DNA of 20,235 nucleotides, taken from the NCBI GenBank assembly GCA_044866005.1, contig JBIOTN010000083.1:1-20235 (forward strand). The letters run 5' to 3'. Positions within the stretch are counted from its first letter, which is position 1. Each line of letters opens with the position of its first letter. The DNA comes from Candidatus Rokuibacteriota bacterium (GTDB taxonomy: Bacteria; Methylomirabilota; Methylomirabilia; Rokubacteriales; DASRDR01). The position numbers and the translations under genes were made by a program. This document shows, piece after piece, positions 1-8,351 of this stretch. Below the pieces are notes generated by a model, which worked only from the letters and a program-made list of their open reading frames with translations, made no database searches and was not told the DNA's origin.

Positions 1-43
1 CCGCCGCGGGTGACGGAGCCCGGCCGGACCGGGGCGAGCCGGC

Positions 44-111
44 GACAGGACCCGCGGGTGGCCGACGCCGAGCGGCAGGATGGGCACGGGACAGGACCCG
101 CGGGTGGCCGA
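44..111. repeat. Two exact 22-bp direct repeats GACAGGACCCGCGGGTGGCCGA (44-65, 90-111) with an internal palindrome
   Basis: Seen directly. 24-bp spacer; core ACCCGCGGGT is a perfect palindrome; partial third copy CCGCGGGTG at 4-12. Confidence 0.9.
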
Positions 112-135
112 TAACCGGAACGGAGCCGCGACCGA

Positions 136-1671
136 ATGCCGGTGACCGGGGTGCCCGCCGTGCGGATGCGCGGCATCACCAAGCGCTACCTGGACGTCCT
201 CGCCAACGACGCGATCGACTTCGACCTCCAGCCGGGCGAGGTCTGCGCCCTCCTCGGCGAGAACGGCGCGGGCAAGACCACCCTCATGAACGTCCTCTTC
301 GGCCTCGTCGCGCCCGACGCCGGGACGATCGAGGCCTGGGGCGAGCCGGTCGTCTTCCGCTCCCCCCGCGACGCGATCGCTCGCGGCATCGGGATGGTCC
401 ACCAGCACTTCACCCTGGTCGGCCCGCACACCGTGCTGGAAAACGTCGTCCTCGGGACGCCAGCCTCGCGGGGGCCCCTCCTCGACCCGCGTCCGGCGCG
501 CGCCCGGCTGCGCGAGCTGGCGGGACGGCACGGGCTCGACGTGGACCCGGACGCCCGGGTCGTCGAGCTGTCGGTCGGCGAGCAGCAGCGCGTGGAGATC
601 GTCAAGGCGCTCTACCGCGGGGCGCGCGTGCTCGTGCTCGACGAGCCGACGGCCGTCCTCACGCCGCCGGAGGCGCGGCGGCTCTTCGGGGCGCTCCGGT
701 CGCTGGCGGCGGACGGCCGGGCCGTGGTCTTCATCTCGCACAAGCTCCGCGAGGTCATGGAGGTCTCCGACCGCGTCGTCGTGCTGCGCGGGGGCCGGGT
801 CGTCGCGACGCGCCCGACGGCGGGGACGGAGCCGCGAGAGCTGGCGCGCCTCATGGTGGGGCGCGAGGTCCACGCGCCGGCCCGCCGGCCGGGCCGGCCG
901 GCGGGAGCGCCGGTGCTCGACGTGGAAGACCTCGTCGTGCCGGGCGACCGCGGCCTCACCGCGGTCGCCGGCGTCTCGTTCGCGGTCCACGCGGGCGAGG
1001 TCCTCGGCCTGGCCGGGGTCGCGGGGAACGGCCAGCGGGAGCTGGCGGAGGCGATCTACGGCCTGAGGCCCGTCGCCCGCGGCCGGGTCCGCGTCGCGGG
1101 CGCCGACCTGACGAACCGCCCCCCGGCGGAGGTCGTGCGCCGCCGGGTCGGGCGCGTCCCCGAGGACCGGCTGGGCGTGGGCCTCCTCACCGAGCTCTCC
1201 CTCGCCGACAACCTGCTCCTCGAGAGCTACCGCGAGCCGCGCTTCCGGCGCGGGCCCTTCCTGAGCCCGGCCGCCATCGGCGCCTTCGCCGACGAGCGGC
1301 TCGCCGCCTACCGGGTCCGCGCCCCCCACCGGGCCGTCGCCGCGAAGACGCTCTCCGGCGGCAACCTCCAGAAGCTCCTCCTGGCGCGCGCCCTCGCGCG
1401 CGAGCCGGTGCTGCTGGTCGTCCACCAGCCGACCCGCGGGCTCGACGTGGCGGCGACCGAGGAGGTCCACGAGCGCCTCCTCGCGCTGCGCGACCGCGGG
1501 GTCGCCGTCCTCCTGATCTCCGAGGACCTCGACGAGGTCCTCGCGCTGAGCGACCGGATCGCGGTCCTCTACGAGGGCCGGCTGATGGGGATCCTCCCGG
1601 CGGAGACCGCGCCGGTCGAGCGGCTCGGCCTCCTGATGGCCGGGGTTGGCGACCCGGCGGGATCGGCGTGA
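136..1671 (+). CDS. ABC transporter ATP-binding protein, tandem-NBD nucleoside/sugar (CUT2, NupA/YufO-like) type
   Basis: Walker A GENGAGKT, LSVGEQQR, Walker B VLVLDEPT; second domain LSGGNLQK and HQPTRGLD. Confidence 0.95.
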   Translation: MPVTGVPAVRMRGITKRYLDVLANDAIDFDLQPGEVCALLGENGAGKTTLMNVLFGLVAPDAGTIEAWGEPVVFRSPRDAIARGIGMVHQHFTLVGPHTVLENVVLGTPASRGPLLDPRPARARLRELAGRHGLDVDPDARVVELSVGEQQRVEIVKALYRGARVLVLDEPTAVLTPPEARRLFGALRSLAADGRAVVFISHKLREVMEVSDRVVVLRGGRVVATRPTAGTEPRELARLMVGREVHAPARRPGRPAGAPVLDVEDLVVPGDRGLTAVAGVSFAVHAGEVLGLAGVAGNGQRELAEAIYGLRPVARGRVRVAGADLTNRPPAEVVRRRVGRVPEDRLGVGLLTELSLADNLLLESYREPRFRRGPFLSPAAIGAFADERLAAYRVRAPHRAVAAKTLSGGNLQKLLLARALAREPVLLVVHQPTRGLDVAATEEVHERLLALRDRGVAVLLISEDLDEVLALSDRIAVLYEGRLMGILPAETAPVERLGLLMAGVGDPAGSA

Positions 1672-1914
1672 GGAGTCCCGGCCCGATGCCCGTCGCCCCG
1701 GGTCGTCCTGCATCACGGCCGGGACGCGCTCGGCCTGCGGCCTCGCGGCCGTCCCGGCCTCTGGGGTCGTCGGCGAGCCTCCTCATAGGGCTGGGTGGGG
1801 GGGCCGGCATACGCCTCGGCCGTCCTCGGCCCTGCGTCCTTCCGCTGCTCGGGCCTCGGCCCGGTCCCGGTGCCGGGCCTGTGGTCCCTCACCTCAGGAA
1901 AGTCACGCCGTGAG
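1667..1914. mobile_element. Putative MITE/REP-like structured insertion between ABC ATPase and permease
   Basis: CGTGAG direct repeat at 1667-1672 and 1909-1914; removing the interval restores a GTGA stop/start overlap. Inverted repeats GGCCGGGACG (1717-1726)/CGTCCCGGCC (1750-1759) and TGAGGAG (1669-1675)/CTCCTCA (1779-1785). Confidence 0.5.
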
Positions 1915-2971
1915 TCTCCCCCGGCTCGAGCGGGGGCACCCGCTCCCGCTCTGGCAGCAGGCGCTCCTCCCGCCCGTCGCGGTCCTGGCGGCCTTCGCCC
2001 TCGGCGCGGTGCTGATCCGCTGGGCCGGCGTGGACCTCCTCACCGCCTACGCCGCGCTCTTCGGCGGGGCGCTGGGGAGCCGCTTCGCCCTCCTGGAGAC
2101 CCTCGTGAAGACGGGGCCGCTCGTCCTGACCGGGCTCGCGGTCGCGCTGGCGTTCCGCGCCCGGTTCTGGAACATCGGCGCCGAGGGCCAGCTCTACGCC
2201 GGCGCGGTCGCCGCCACGTGGGTCGGCCTTACCTTCACCGAGACGACGGCGTGGGTCGTCCTCCCGCTGCTCCTCGCCGGGAGCTTCGCCGCGGGCGGGC
2301 TCTGGGCCCTGATCCCGGGGATGCTCAAGGCGCGGTTCCGGGTGGACGACGTCGTGCCGACCCTCCTCATGAACTACATCATGCTCTACCTCGTCTCCGC
2401 GCTCCTCGACGGGCCATGGCGCGAGCCGGTCAGCCAGTGGCCGCAGTCGGCGGAGATCGCCGAGGCCGCCCAGCTCCCCGTCCTCGTCGCCCGCTCGCGG
2501 CTCCACCTCGGCATCCCGCTGGCCTTCCTCTGCGCGGGGCTCGTCTGGCTGCTCCTCAGCCGCACGCCGCTCGGCTACGCGATCCGGGTCGTGGGGGCGA
2601 ACCCGCGCGCCGCCGAGTTCGGCGGGATCCCGACGACGCGGGTGGTCGCGGTCACGGCGTGCCTCTCGGGCGGGCTGGCCGGGCTCGCCGGCGCGGGGGA
2701 GCTGGCCGGCATCCAGTTCCACCTGATGGAGGCGCTCTCGCCCGGCTACGGCTACTCGGGGATCGTCGTCGCCGTGCTCGGCGGGCTCCACCCGCTCGGG
2801 GTCGTCCTGGCCGCCGTCTTCTTCGGAATCGTCAACAACGGGGCCCAGACCATGAGCCGCGCGACCGGGGTCCCCACCTACCTCGTCGAGGTCCTGCAGG
2901 GCCTGACCCTCCTGACCATGCTGGCCGCGCTCCTCTTCCGCGACTACCGGCTGCGCTGGCGGCGGGGGTAG
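1910..2971 (+). CDS. Nucleoside-type ABC transporter permease 1 (BPD_transp_2, NupB/YufP-like)
   Basis: GTG start after AGGAAAG; hydrophobic; motifs WNIGAEGQ, GANPRAAEFGGI, GYGYSGIVVAVLG. Confidence 0.93.
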   Translation: MSLPRLERGHPLPLWQQALLPPVAVLAAFALGAVLIRWAGVDLLTAYAALFGGALGSRFALLETLVKTGPLVLTGLAVALAFRARFWNIGAEGQLYAGAVAATWVGLTFTETTAWVVLPLLLAGSFAAGGLWALIPGMLKARFRVDDVVPTLLMNYIMLYLVSALLDGPWREPVSQWPQSAEIAEAAQLPVLVARSRLHLGIPLAFLCAGLVWLLLSRTPLGYAIRVVGANPRAAEFGGIPTTRVVAVTACLSGGLAGLAGAGELAGIQFHLMEALSPGYGYSGIVVAVLGGLHPLGVVLAAVFFGIVNNGAQTMSRATGVPTYLVEVLQGLTLLTMLAALLFRDYRLRWRRG

Positions 2972-2976
2972 CCAGA

Positions 2977-3915
2977 ATGGAGCTCGTCTCCGTCGCCTTC
3001 CTCGTCGGCCTCCTGGCCGCGACGCTCCGCCTGGCGACCCCGCTCCTCTTCGCGACGATCGGCGAGCTCCTGACCGAGCGGGCCGGCGTCCTGAACCTCG
3101 GGATCGAGGGGACGATGCTGATGGGCGCGATGGCCGGCTACCTCGTCGCCTACCAGACGGGGAGCCTGTGGCTCGGGCTCGGCGGCGCGGCCCTGAGCGG
3201 CGCGGCGCTCGGCCTCCTCATGGCGGTCCTGACGGTGACGCTCGGCGTGAGCCAGCACGTGAGCGGCCTCGGGGTCACGCTCCTCGCGACCGGCCTCACC
3301 CAGTACGTCTACCGGATGGTCATCGGCGCCCCGAGCGTCCCGCCGAGCGTCCGCCCGTTCCCGGTGCTCAGCATCCCCGGCCTCGGCGACCTCCCCGTGC
3401 TCGGGCCGATCTTCCAGCACTATCTCCTCGTCTGGATCGCGCTGGCGCTCGTGCCGCTGGCCTCGCTCGTCCTCTACCGCACGCACCTCGGCCTCGCCAT
3501 CCGGACGGTCGGCGAGAACCCGAAGGCTGCCGAGGTCGCCGGGGTGAGCGTCCACGCCATCCGCTACCTCTGCGTGACGGCCGGCGCCGTGCTGATGGCG
3601 CTGGGGGGCGCGTTCCTCTCGCTGGCGCACTTCAACATCTTCCTCTTCGGCATGGTGGCGGGGCGGGGCTGGATCGCGATCGCGCTGGTGGTCTTCGGCA
3701 ACTGGCAGCCCGGCAAGTGCCTGGCCGGCGCGCTCTTCTTCGGCGGGCTGGACGCCCTCCAGTTCCGGCTCCAGGCCGTCGGGTTCAAGGCCGTGCCCTA
3801 TCAGTTCTTCCTGGTCTTGCCGTATATTCTCACCATCGTCGCGCTGGTCGGCGTGTCGCGCCGCGCCGCCTATCCGGGCGCGCTGCTCCTCCCGTACAAG
3901 CGCGGCGAGGCCTGA
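2977..3915 (+). CDS. Nucleoside-type ABC transporter permease 2 (NupC/YufQ-like)
   Basis: Motifs ERAGVLNLGIEG, GENPKAAEVAGVSV, GRGWIAIALVVFGNW, LPYILTI; ATG 5 nt after the previous stop. Confidence 0.93.
   Translation: MELVSVAFLVGLLAATLRLATPLLFATIGELLTERAGVLNLGIEGTMLMGAMAGYLVAYQTGSLWLGLGGAALSGAALGLLMAVLTVTLGVSQHVSGLGVTLLATGLTQYVYRMVIGAPSVPPSVRPFPVLSIPGLGDLPVLGPIFQHYLLVWIALALVPLASLVLYRTHLGLAIRTVGENPKAAEVAGVSVHAIRYLCVTAGAVLMALGGAFLSLAHFNIFLFGMVAGRGWIAIALVVFGNWQPGKCLAGALFFGGLDALQFRLQAVGFKAVPYQFFLVLPYILTIVALVGVSRRAAYPGALLLPYKRGEA
3798..3828 (+). promoter_or_regulatory. Candidate internal promoter/operator in permease 2, upstream of the NCS2 gene
   Basis: CTA..CTTGCCGTATATT matches 18994-19024 at 23/31 nt and uses AT-rich codons (TTG, TAT, ATT) atypical of this gene. 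Confidence 0.35.
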
Positions 3916-3983
3916 GGCCCGGGAAGGCCGATGCCCCGGCCGCCGCGCCGCTCGGCCGGCGCCCGCGGGGCGAGGAGGGAGCC

Positions 3984-5378
3984 ATGGGGAGACGAGAGCC
4001 GTCCGGCCGCGCCGAGCGGAAGGTGCTCGGCTACCTGCCCGAGGACGTCCCGCCGCCCGGCGCGATGCTGAGCCTCGGGTTCCAGCAGGTGCTGACCATG
4101 TTCCCCGCCACGGTGCTGGTGGCCATCCTCACGAAGTTCGACGTGGGCGTGACCATGCTGGCGAGCGGCCTCGGCACGATCGTCGCGCTCCTGGTCTCGC
4201 GGCGCCAGATCCCGATGTACTACGGCTCGAGCTTCAGCTACATCACCGTGGTCGTGACGACGATGAGCCTCTACGCGAAGGACTGCTTCTCGAGCCCCAC
4301 CACGGTCTACTGTCCCGACGGCGTGCGGCTCGTCCAGGTCGGGATCATCGGCACGGCCGTCGTGGAGATCCTGGTCGGCCTCCTCATCATGCGGGTCGGC
4401 AAGGCGGCGCTCGACCGGGTGCTGCCGCCCGTCATCACCGGGAGCGTGGCCGTGGTCATCGGCGTCGCGCTCGCCGGGGCGGCGCTCGGCATGGCGAGCG
4501 CCAACTGGGCGCTCGCGTTCCTCACGCTCGTCGTCACCATCGTCTTCTCGGTCTACCTCCAGAACCGGGGCCTGCTCGGCATGCTGCCGTTGCTGCTCGG
4601 CGCCGTCGTGGGCTACCTGGTCTCGGTCCCGTTCGGGCTCGTCGCCTTCGACCGCGTGACCCAGGCGGCCTGGGTCCGGGTCCCCAGCGTGACGGTCCCG
4701 GCCTTCGGCGACCCCAACGCCTGGGCCGCGGTCGTGAGCATCGCGCTCATCGCGATCGCGACCATCCCGGAGAGCACCGCCCACCTCTACCAGATGAGCC
4801 TCTACATCGACCAGCTCGCGAAGGAGCTCGGGCGGAAGCCGCTCGAGATCAAGCGCCTGATCGGCCTCAACCTCGTCGCCGACGGCGGGGACGACGTGGT
4901 CGCGGGACTCCTGGGCGGCTGCGCGGGGACGAACTACGGCGAGAACAACAGCCTGATGGCGATCACGCGCTGCTACTCCGTGCCGGTGCTGATGACGGCG
5001 GGCGGGATGGCGATCGCGCTGTCGTTCGTCGGCAAGCTCGCGGCCGTCGTGAACACGATCCCGGTGGCCGTGACCGGCGGGCTGTCGATCTATCTGTTCG
5101 GCGTCATCGGGATGCAGGGCGTCGCCCTCATCCAGTCCGAGCGCGTCAACCTCTTCGAGCCGCGCCACCTGGCGGCCGGCGCGACGATCCTGATCTGCGG
5201 GATCGGCGGCAACCTCGCGCTGAAGGACGGCCTCTTCCCGTTCCACATCCCGGTCGTCTTCCCGAACGGGATCCCGGCCATCGTCTTCTCGGCGATCGCC
5301 GGGATCATGTTGAACCTCCTGTTCCTCGCGGTGAAGCCGGAGTGGTTCGGCGTCCGCGAGCGCGCCAACATCGTCTAG
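3984..5378 (+). CDS. NCS2 nucleobase:cation symporter, UraA/RutG (uracil)-like
   Basis: RBS GAGGAGG; YYGSSFSY, PPVITGSV; signature TNYGENNSLMAITRCYS resembles UraA TTYGENIGVMAITRVYS; IPESTAH carries the ExxxH pair. Confidence 0.9.
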   Translation: MGRREPSGRAERKVLGYLPEDVPPPGAMLSLGFQQVLTMFPATVLVAILTKFDVGVTMLASGLGTIVALLVSRRQIPMYYGSSFSYITVVVTTMSLYAKDCFSSPTTVYCPDGVRLVQVGIIGTAVVEILVGLLIMRVGKAALDRVLPPVITGSVAVVIGVALAGAALGMASANWALAFLTLVVTIVFSVYLQNRGLLGMLPLLLGAVVGYLVSVPFGLVAFDRVTQAAWVRVPSVTVPAFGDPNAWAAVVSIALIAIATIPESTAHLYQMSLYIDQLAKELGRKPLEIKRLIGLNLVADGGDDVVAGLLGGCAGTNYGENNSLMAITRCYSVPVLMTAGGMAIALSFVGKLAAVVNTIPVAVTGGLSIYLFGVIGMQGVALIQSERVNLFEPRHLAAGATILICGIGGNLALKDGLFPFHIPVVFPNGIPAIVFSAIAGIMLNLLFLAVKPEWFGVRERANIV

Positions 5379-5465
5379 GCAACGCCGCCGCGCGGAGTGG
5401 AACGTCGTACTGCGGCGATCATTGATGAAGGGCCTCGCGTGGCCTGAGCGGCTGGCTGCCGAGTC

Positions 5466-6344
5466 GTGAAACCGCCGGCGTTCGAGTACGTCGCGGCGGG
5501 CTCCGTGGAGGAGGCCATCGGCGAGCTCCAGCGGCACGGCGACGGGGCCAAGCTCCTCGCGGGCGGCCAGAGCCTCATCCCGATGCTCAACATGCGGCTC
5601 GCCGCGCCGGCGCGTCTGGTAGACCTCGGCCGCGTGGCGGGCCTGGCCGGCATCGCCGAGCGCGACGGCGGCGTGGCCATCGGCGCCATGACCCGGCAGC
5701 GCGCCGTCGAGCGGAGCCCGCTCGTCGCCGCGCGGGTGCCGCTCCTCGCGGAGGCGATCGGCTGGGTCGGCCACGTCGCCATCCGCAGTCGCGGGACGGT
5801 CGGCGGGAGCCTCGCCCACGCCGATCCCGCCGCCGAGCTGCCGGCCGTCGCGGTCTGCCTGGACGCGCACCTGACCGTGCGGGGACCGGACGGGGAGCGG
5901 CGCGTGGCGGCCCGCGAGTTCTTCCGCGCCCCGCTCACGACCGCGCTCGGGCCGGCCGAGGTCCTCACCGCGGTGTGGTTCCCCGGCACCGCGCCGGGCA
6001 GCGGCGCCGCCTGGCTCGAGCTGGCCCGCCGCCACGGGGACTACGCGCTGGTCGGGGTCGCGGCCGTCGTCACGCTCGACGGGGAGGTCGTGACCGCGGC
6101 GCGGCTCGCGCTGACCGGGGTGGGCGGCGTCCCGGTGCGCGCGATGGAGGCCGAGGCGCGCCTGGCCGGCGGGCGGCTGACGCCGGAGCGCGTCGAGGCG
6201 GCCGCCGCCGCCGTCCGCGAGGCGATCGCCCCAGACGGCGACATCCATGCGACGGCCGCCTACCGCCGGCACGTGGCCGGCGTGCTGGCGGCGCGGGCCC
6301 TGCGCCAGGCGGCCGAGCGGGCCCGGGTGGCGGTCCGCCGGTGA
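5466..6344 (+). CDS. Molybdenum hydroxylase FAD-binding medium subunit (CoxM/CutM-like)
   Basis: MKPPAFEY start; AGGQSLIPMLNMR; IRSRGTVGGSLAHADPAAE; RRHGDYA. Confidence 0.95.
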   Translation: MKPPAFEYVAAGSVEEAIGELQRHGDGAKLLAGGQSLIPMLNMRLAAPARLVDLGRVAGLAGIAERDGGVAIGAMTRQRAVERSPLVAARVPLLAEAIGWVGHVAIRSRGTVGGSLAHADPAAELPAVAVCLDAHLTVRGPDGERRVAAREFFRAPLTTALGPAEVLTAVWFPGTAPGSGAAWLELARRHGDYALVGVAAVVTLDGEVVTAARLALTGVGGVPVRAMEAEARLAGGRLTPERVEAAAAAVREAIAPDGDIHATAAYRRHVAGVLAARALRQAAERARVAVRR

Positions 6345-6850
6345 GCTTCGTCGGACCGCCCGCGCCGCTCCCCGTCCGCGTGCGCGTCAACGGACGCGAG
6401 CACGCGGCCATCGTCCCGCCCCGGCTGCTCCTGTCGGACTTTTTGCGCGACGGGCTCGGGCTCACGGGCACCCACGTCGGCTGCGAGCACGGGGTCTGCG
6501 GGGCGTGCACGGTGCTGCTCGACGGCGAGCCCGTCCGCGCGTGCCTCGTGCTCGCCGTGCAGGCGGACGGGGCGGCCATCACGACCGTGGAAGGGCTCGC
6601 GCCCGACGGCGGCCCGCTCCACCCGGTCCAGGAAGCCTTCCGCCTCGAGCACGGGCTCCAGTGCGGCTACTGCACGCCCGGCTTTCTCATGACCGTGGTC
6701 GCGCTCCTCCGGGAGACGCCCCAGCCGAGCGACGACGCGATCCGGACCGCCCTGGCCGGCAACCTCTGCCGCTGCACCGGCTACCAGAACATCGTCCGCG
6801 CCGTCCACCGCGCCAGCGCGCTTCTGTCGGCGGCCGGGACCGCCCCGTGA
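6341..6850 (+). CDS. Molybdenum hydroxylase 2Fe-2S small subunit (CoxS/CutS-like)
   Basis: GTGA overlap with the medium subunit; GCEHGVCGACTV, QCGYCTPG, NLCRCTGY. Confidence 0.95.
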   Translation: MSFVGPPAPLPVRVRVNGREHAAIVPPRLLLSDFLRDGLGLTGTHVGCEHGVCGACTVLLDGEPVRACLVLAVQADGAAITTVEGLAPDGGPLHPVQEAFRLEHGLQCGYCTPGFLMTVVALLRETPQPSDDAIRTALAGNLCRCTGYQNIVRAVHRASALLSAAGTAP

Positions 6851-6870
6851 CGGGAGTCATGAGCTCCCCG

Positions 6871-6899
6871 TTGAATCGGAGGACAAGCGTCTATACACT
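6871..6899 (+). promoter_or_regulatory. Sigma70-type promoter for the BrnT/BrnA module
   Basis: TTGAAT (6871-6876), 17-nt spacer, TACACT (6894-6899); GTG at 6907 is placed for leaderless translation. Confidence 0.6.
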
Positions 6900-6906
6900 C
6901 GCCGGA

Positions 6907-6942
6907 GTGCGATTCGAAGGAGAAGCCGAAGGTACCGGATGA
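6907..6942 (+). pseudogene. Collapsed BrnT toxin remnant (MRFEGEAEGTG*)
   Basis: Begins like BrnT (MRFEWD); stop overlaps the BrnA ATG (ATGA); only 11 residues remain. Confidence 0.5.
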
Positions 6943-7154
6943 AAAAGGCCGCAGCTGAGAGATATCGCGGCATCGACTTCTCGCGCGCCAAGCGCGGTCC
7001 TGTCGTCAAGCCCGAGCCCGGAAAGACGAAGATCTCGATTCGCCTGGACAAGAGCGTGCTGGATTACTTCCGAGATCTGGTGGAGAAGGCCGGCGGTGGG
7101 ACCTACCAGATGCTGATCAGCGACGCCTTGCTCGAGCATGTCCAACCCGCCTGA
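6939..7154 (+). CDS. BrnA-family (DUF4415) antitoxin
   Basis: IDFSRAKRG..KTKISIRLDKSVLDYFR..YQMLISDAL; 71 aa. Confidence 0.85.
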   Translation: MKKAAAERYRGIDFSRAKRGPVVKPEPGKTKISIRLDKSVLDYFRDLVEKAGGGTYQMLISDALLEHVQPA

Positions 7155-7669
7155 ACTGCTTTGCGACGTATGCGAATCTCCGTATGGAATACGCCAAGCT
7201 GGCCGAGATCGACGGCGTGTTTCGCAAGCTGATCGACAACCTCCTCAACACCCACGACTGGTTCGCGGCGTTCTTCCTGCTTCGAGCGCACTCCGCGTTC
7301 CTGGCCGGCTCTCATCTTGCGATGTCGGGACAGGCGGCGGAGGCGTACGCGTCGCTGCGGTTGTGCCTTGAGAATGGCCTCTACGGCCTGTATCTGGCGA
7401 GGAATCCAGGTTCCCGAGCGCTGCATCGATTACGGAGGCCATCCGAACGAGCGAGCCCTGGCACAGGGCCTCAAGACCGAGAAGGGCGTGCACGCGGTGA
7501 ACCTCAAGATCGTCTATCTCACGACGATCCACTCGTATCTCGCGTCTGCTTGACGACAGCAGCGCAGGTGGGCGCTTTGGTACTCGGCATGTTTCGGATA
7601 GTGTTCAGGGAGCGTCTCGACCTGACCGGCTTGAGCGACGACTTGACCAGGGCGAGACAGGGACTGTGA
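7138..7669 (+). pseudogene. Degraded all-alpha hypothetical gene with an HPN motif (possibly HEPN-like), likely cassette ORF
   Basis: Protein-like segments switch frame: MSNPP / NCFATYANLRMEY..LRLCLENGLYG..NPGS / shift ~7415 ERCIDYGGHPNERAL..IVYL / shift ~7522 DDPL..RQGL*. Lower GC; ends 1 nt before the attC. Confidence 0.6.
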
Positions 7670-7670
7670 G

Positions 7671-7727
7671 GTCTAACTAGGCACGCAGCCGACGGTCTTC
7701 GGCCGCGGCTGATACCGAGCGCTAGGC
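7671..7727 (+). mobile_element. attC: Integron attC recombination site (degenerate R')
   Basis: R'' GTCTAAC (RYYYAAC); ACGCAGCC pairing with GGCTGAT with a bulged base; inner stem CCG-A-CGGTC-TTC-GGCCG-CGG with a second bulge; R' GCTAGGC (GTTRRRY with T>C); 57 bp, directly after a stop codon. Confidence 0.75.
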
Positions 7728-8033
7728 GACTCCGGCACGTCGGCGAGAGGGTTGAAGAACGATCTTGGCGCGGATCCCTAGCTTGGCGAGCATGTCGATC
7801 AAGGTGTCGATGCTGAAGAGGTCGATTCGACCGCGCATCAGGTCGCTGACGCGGGGCTGGGTAACGCCCAGAAGCGCGGCCGCCTCGCCCTGCTTCAGCC
7901 CGCGCGCCGCAATCGCCTTCTGGAGGTTCAGCATCAGGTCTGAGCGGACCTTGAGGTGTTCAGCCTCATCGGGCGAGAAACCAAGGTCGCGGAACACGTT
8001 ACCGGTCGACCGGGTCTGCTTCACCTTCTTCAC
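7722..8033 (-). CDS. XRE-family HTH antitoxin (HigA/HTH_37-like)
   Basis: GTG start after AAGGTGG; STGNVFRDLG, LKQGEAAALLGVTQPRVSDLMRGRIDLFSIDTL; 103 aa. Confidence 0.9.
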   Translation of the reverse strand: MKKVKQTRSTGNVFRDLGFSPDEAEHLKVRSDLMLNLQKAIAARGLKQGEAAALLGVTQPRVSDLMRGRIDLFSIDTLIDMLAKLGIRAKIVLQPSRRRAGVA

Positions 8034-8115
8034 GGACCACCTTTCCCTTTCCGCGCGCCCGCTGCTGGACCAACAGCCGCAGGCGATGCCTGGCGAGATC
8101 GAGGTCGTCCTTCGG
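7999..8115 (-). pseudogene. C-terminal remnant of a RelE/Gp49 (HigB-like) toxin
   Basis: Manual translation PKDDLDLARHRLRLLVQQRARGKGKVVREEGEADPVDR* resembles the TPxxDLxLARxR tail of Gp49-type toxins; overlaps the antitoxin start; no 5' part. Confidence 0.65.
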
Positions 8116-8117
8116 CC

Positions 8118-8351
8118 GAGATCACGACCCCGCGGAGGCGCGCGGGCTTCCCCGGGATTCGCGCGATGGTGGAGGCCGACCCGAGGGGCGGGTTGCCCGT
8201 GATGGGAGTGGTCCTTCCGGAGGATCAGATCGCGCGCATCCTGGCCGACGCCGAGGAAGCCCTCCGCCCGTACGTGACCGCGGACGGGGCCGTGAGCTTC
8301 GACATCACGGCCCACATCGTGACGGCCACCAAGGCGCGCCATCGACGATGA
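8118..8351 (+). pseudogene. 3' fragment of a probable SAM-dependent methyltransferase gene
   Basis: EITT..FPGIRAMVEAD..LPVMGVVL..AEEALRPYVTADGAVSFDITAHIVTATK resembles methyltransferase C-termini; no SAM-binding N-terminus; ATGA-coupled to the next gene. Confidence 0.5.

Noticed and set aside
44..111. CRISPR array
   Set aside because: Only two full 22-bp repeats, one 24-bp spacer, and no cas genes or AT-rich leader.
1646..3983. Long N-terminal extensions on ORFs 1646, 1795 and 3168 (also 5975, 15122, 19051 and minus-strand 8342)
   Set aside because: Stop-poor overlapping frames; true starts were reassigned from RBS, gene overlaps and family N-termini.
3870..6272. 800-aa minus-strand ORF and similar long antisense ORFs (10847-13783, 13419-14705, 16971-18335, 19093-20166)
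   Set aside because: Shadow frames of real GC-rich genes; Arg/Gly/Pro-rich with no motifs.
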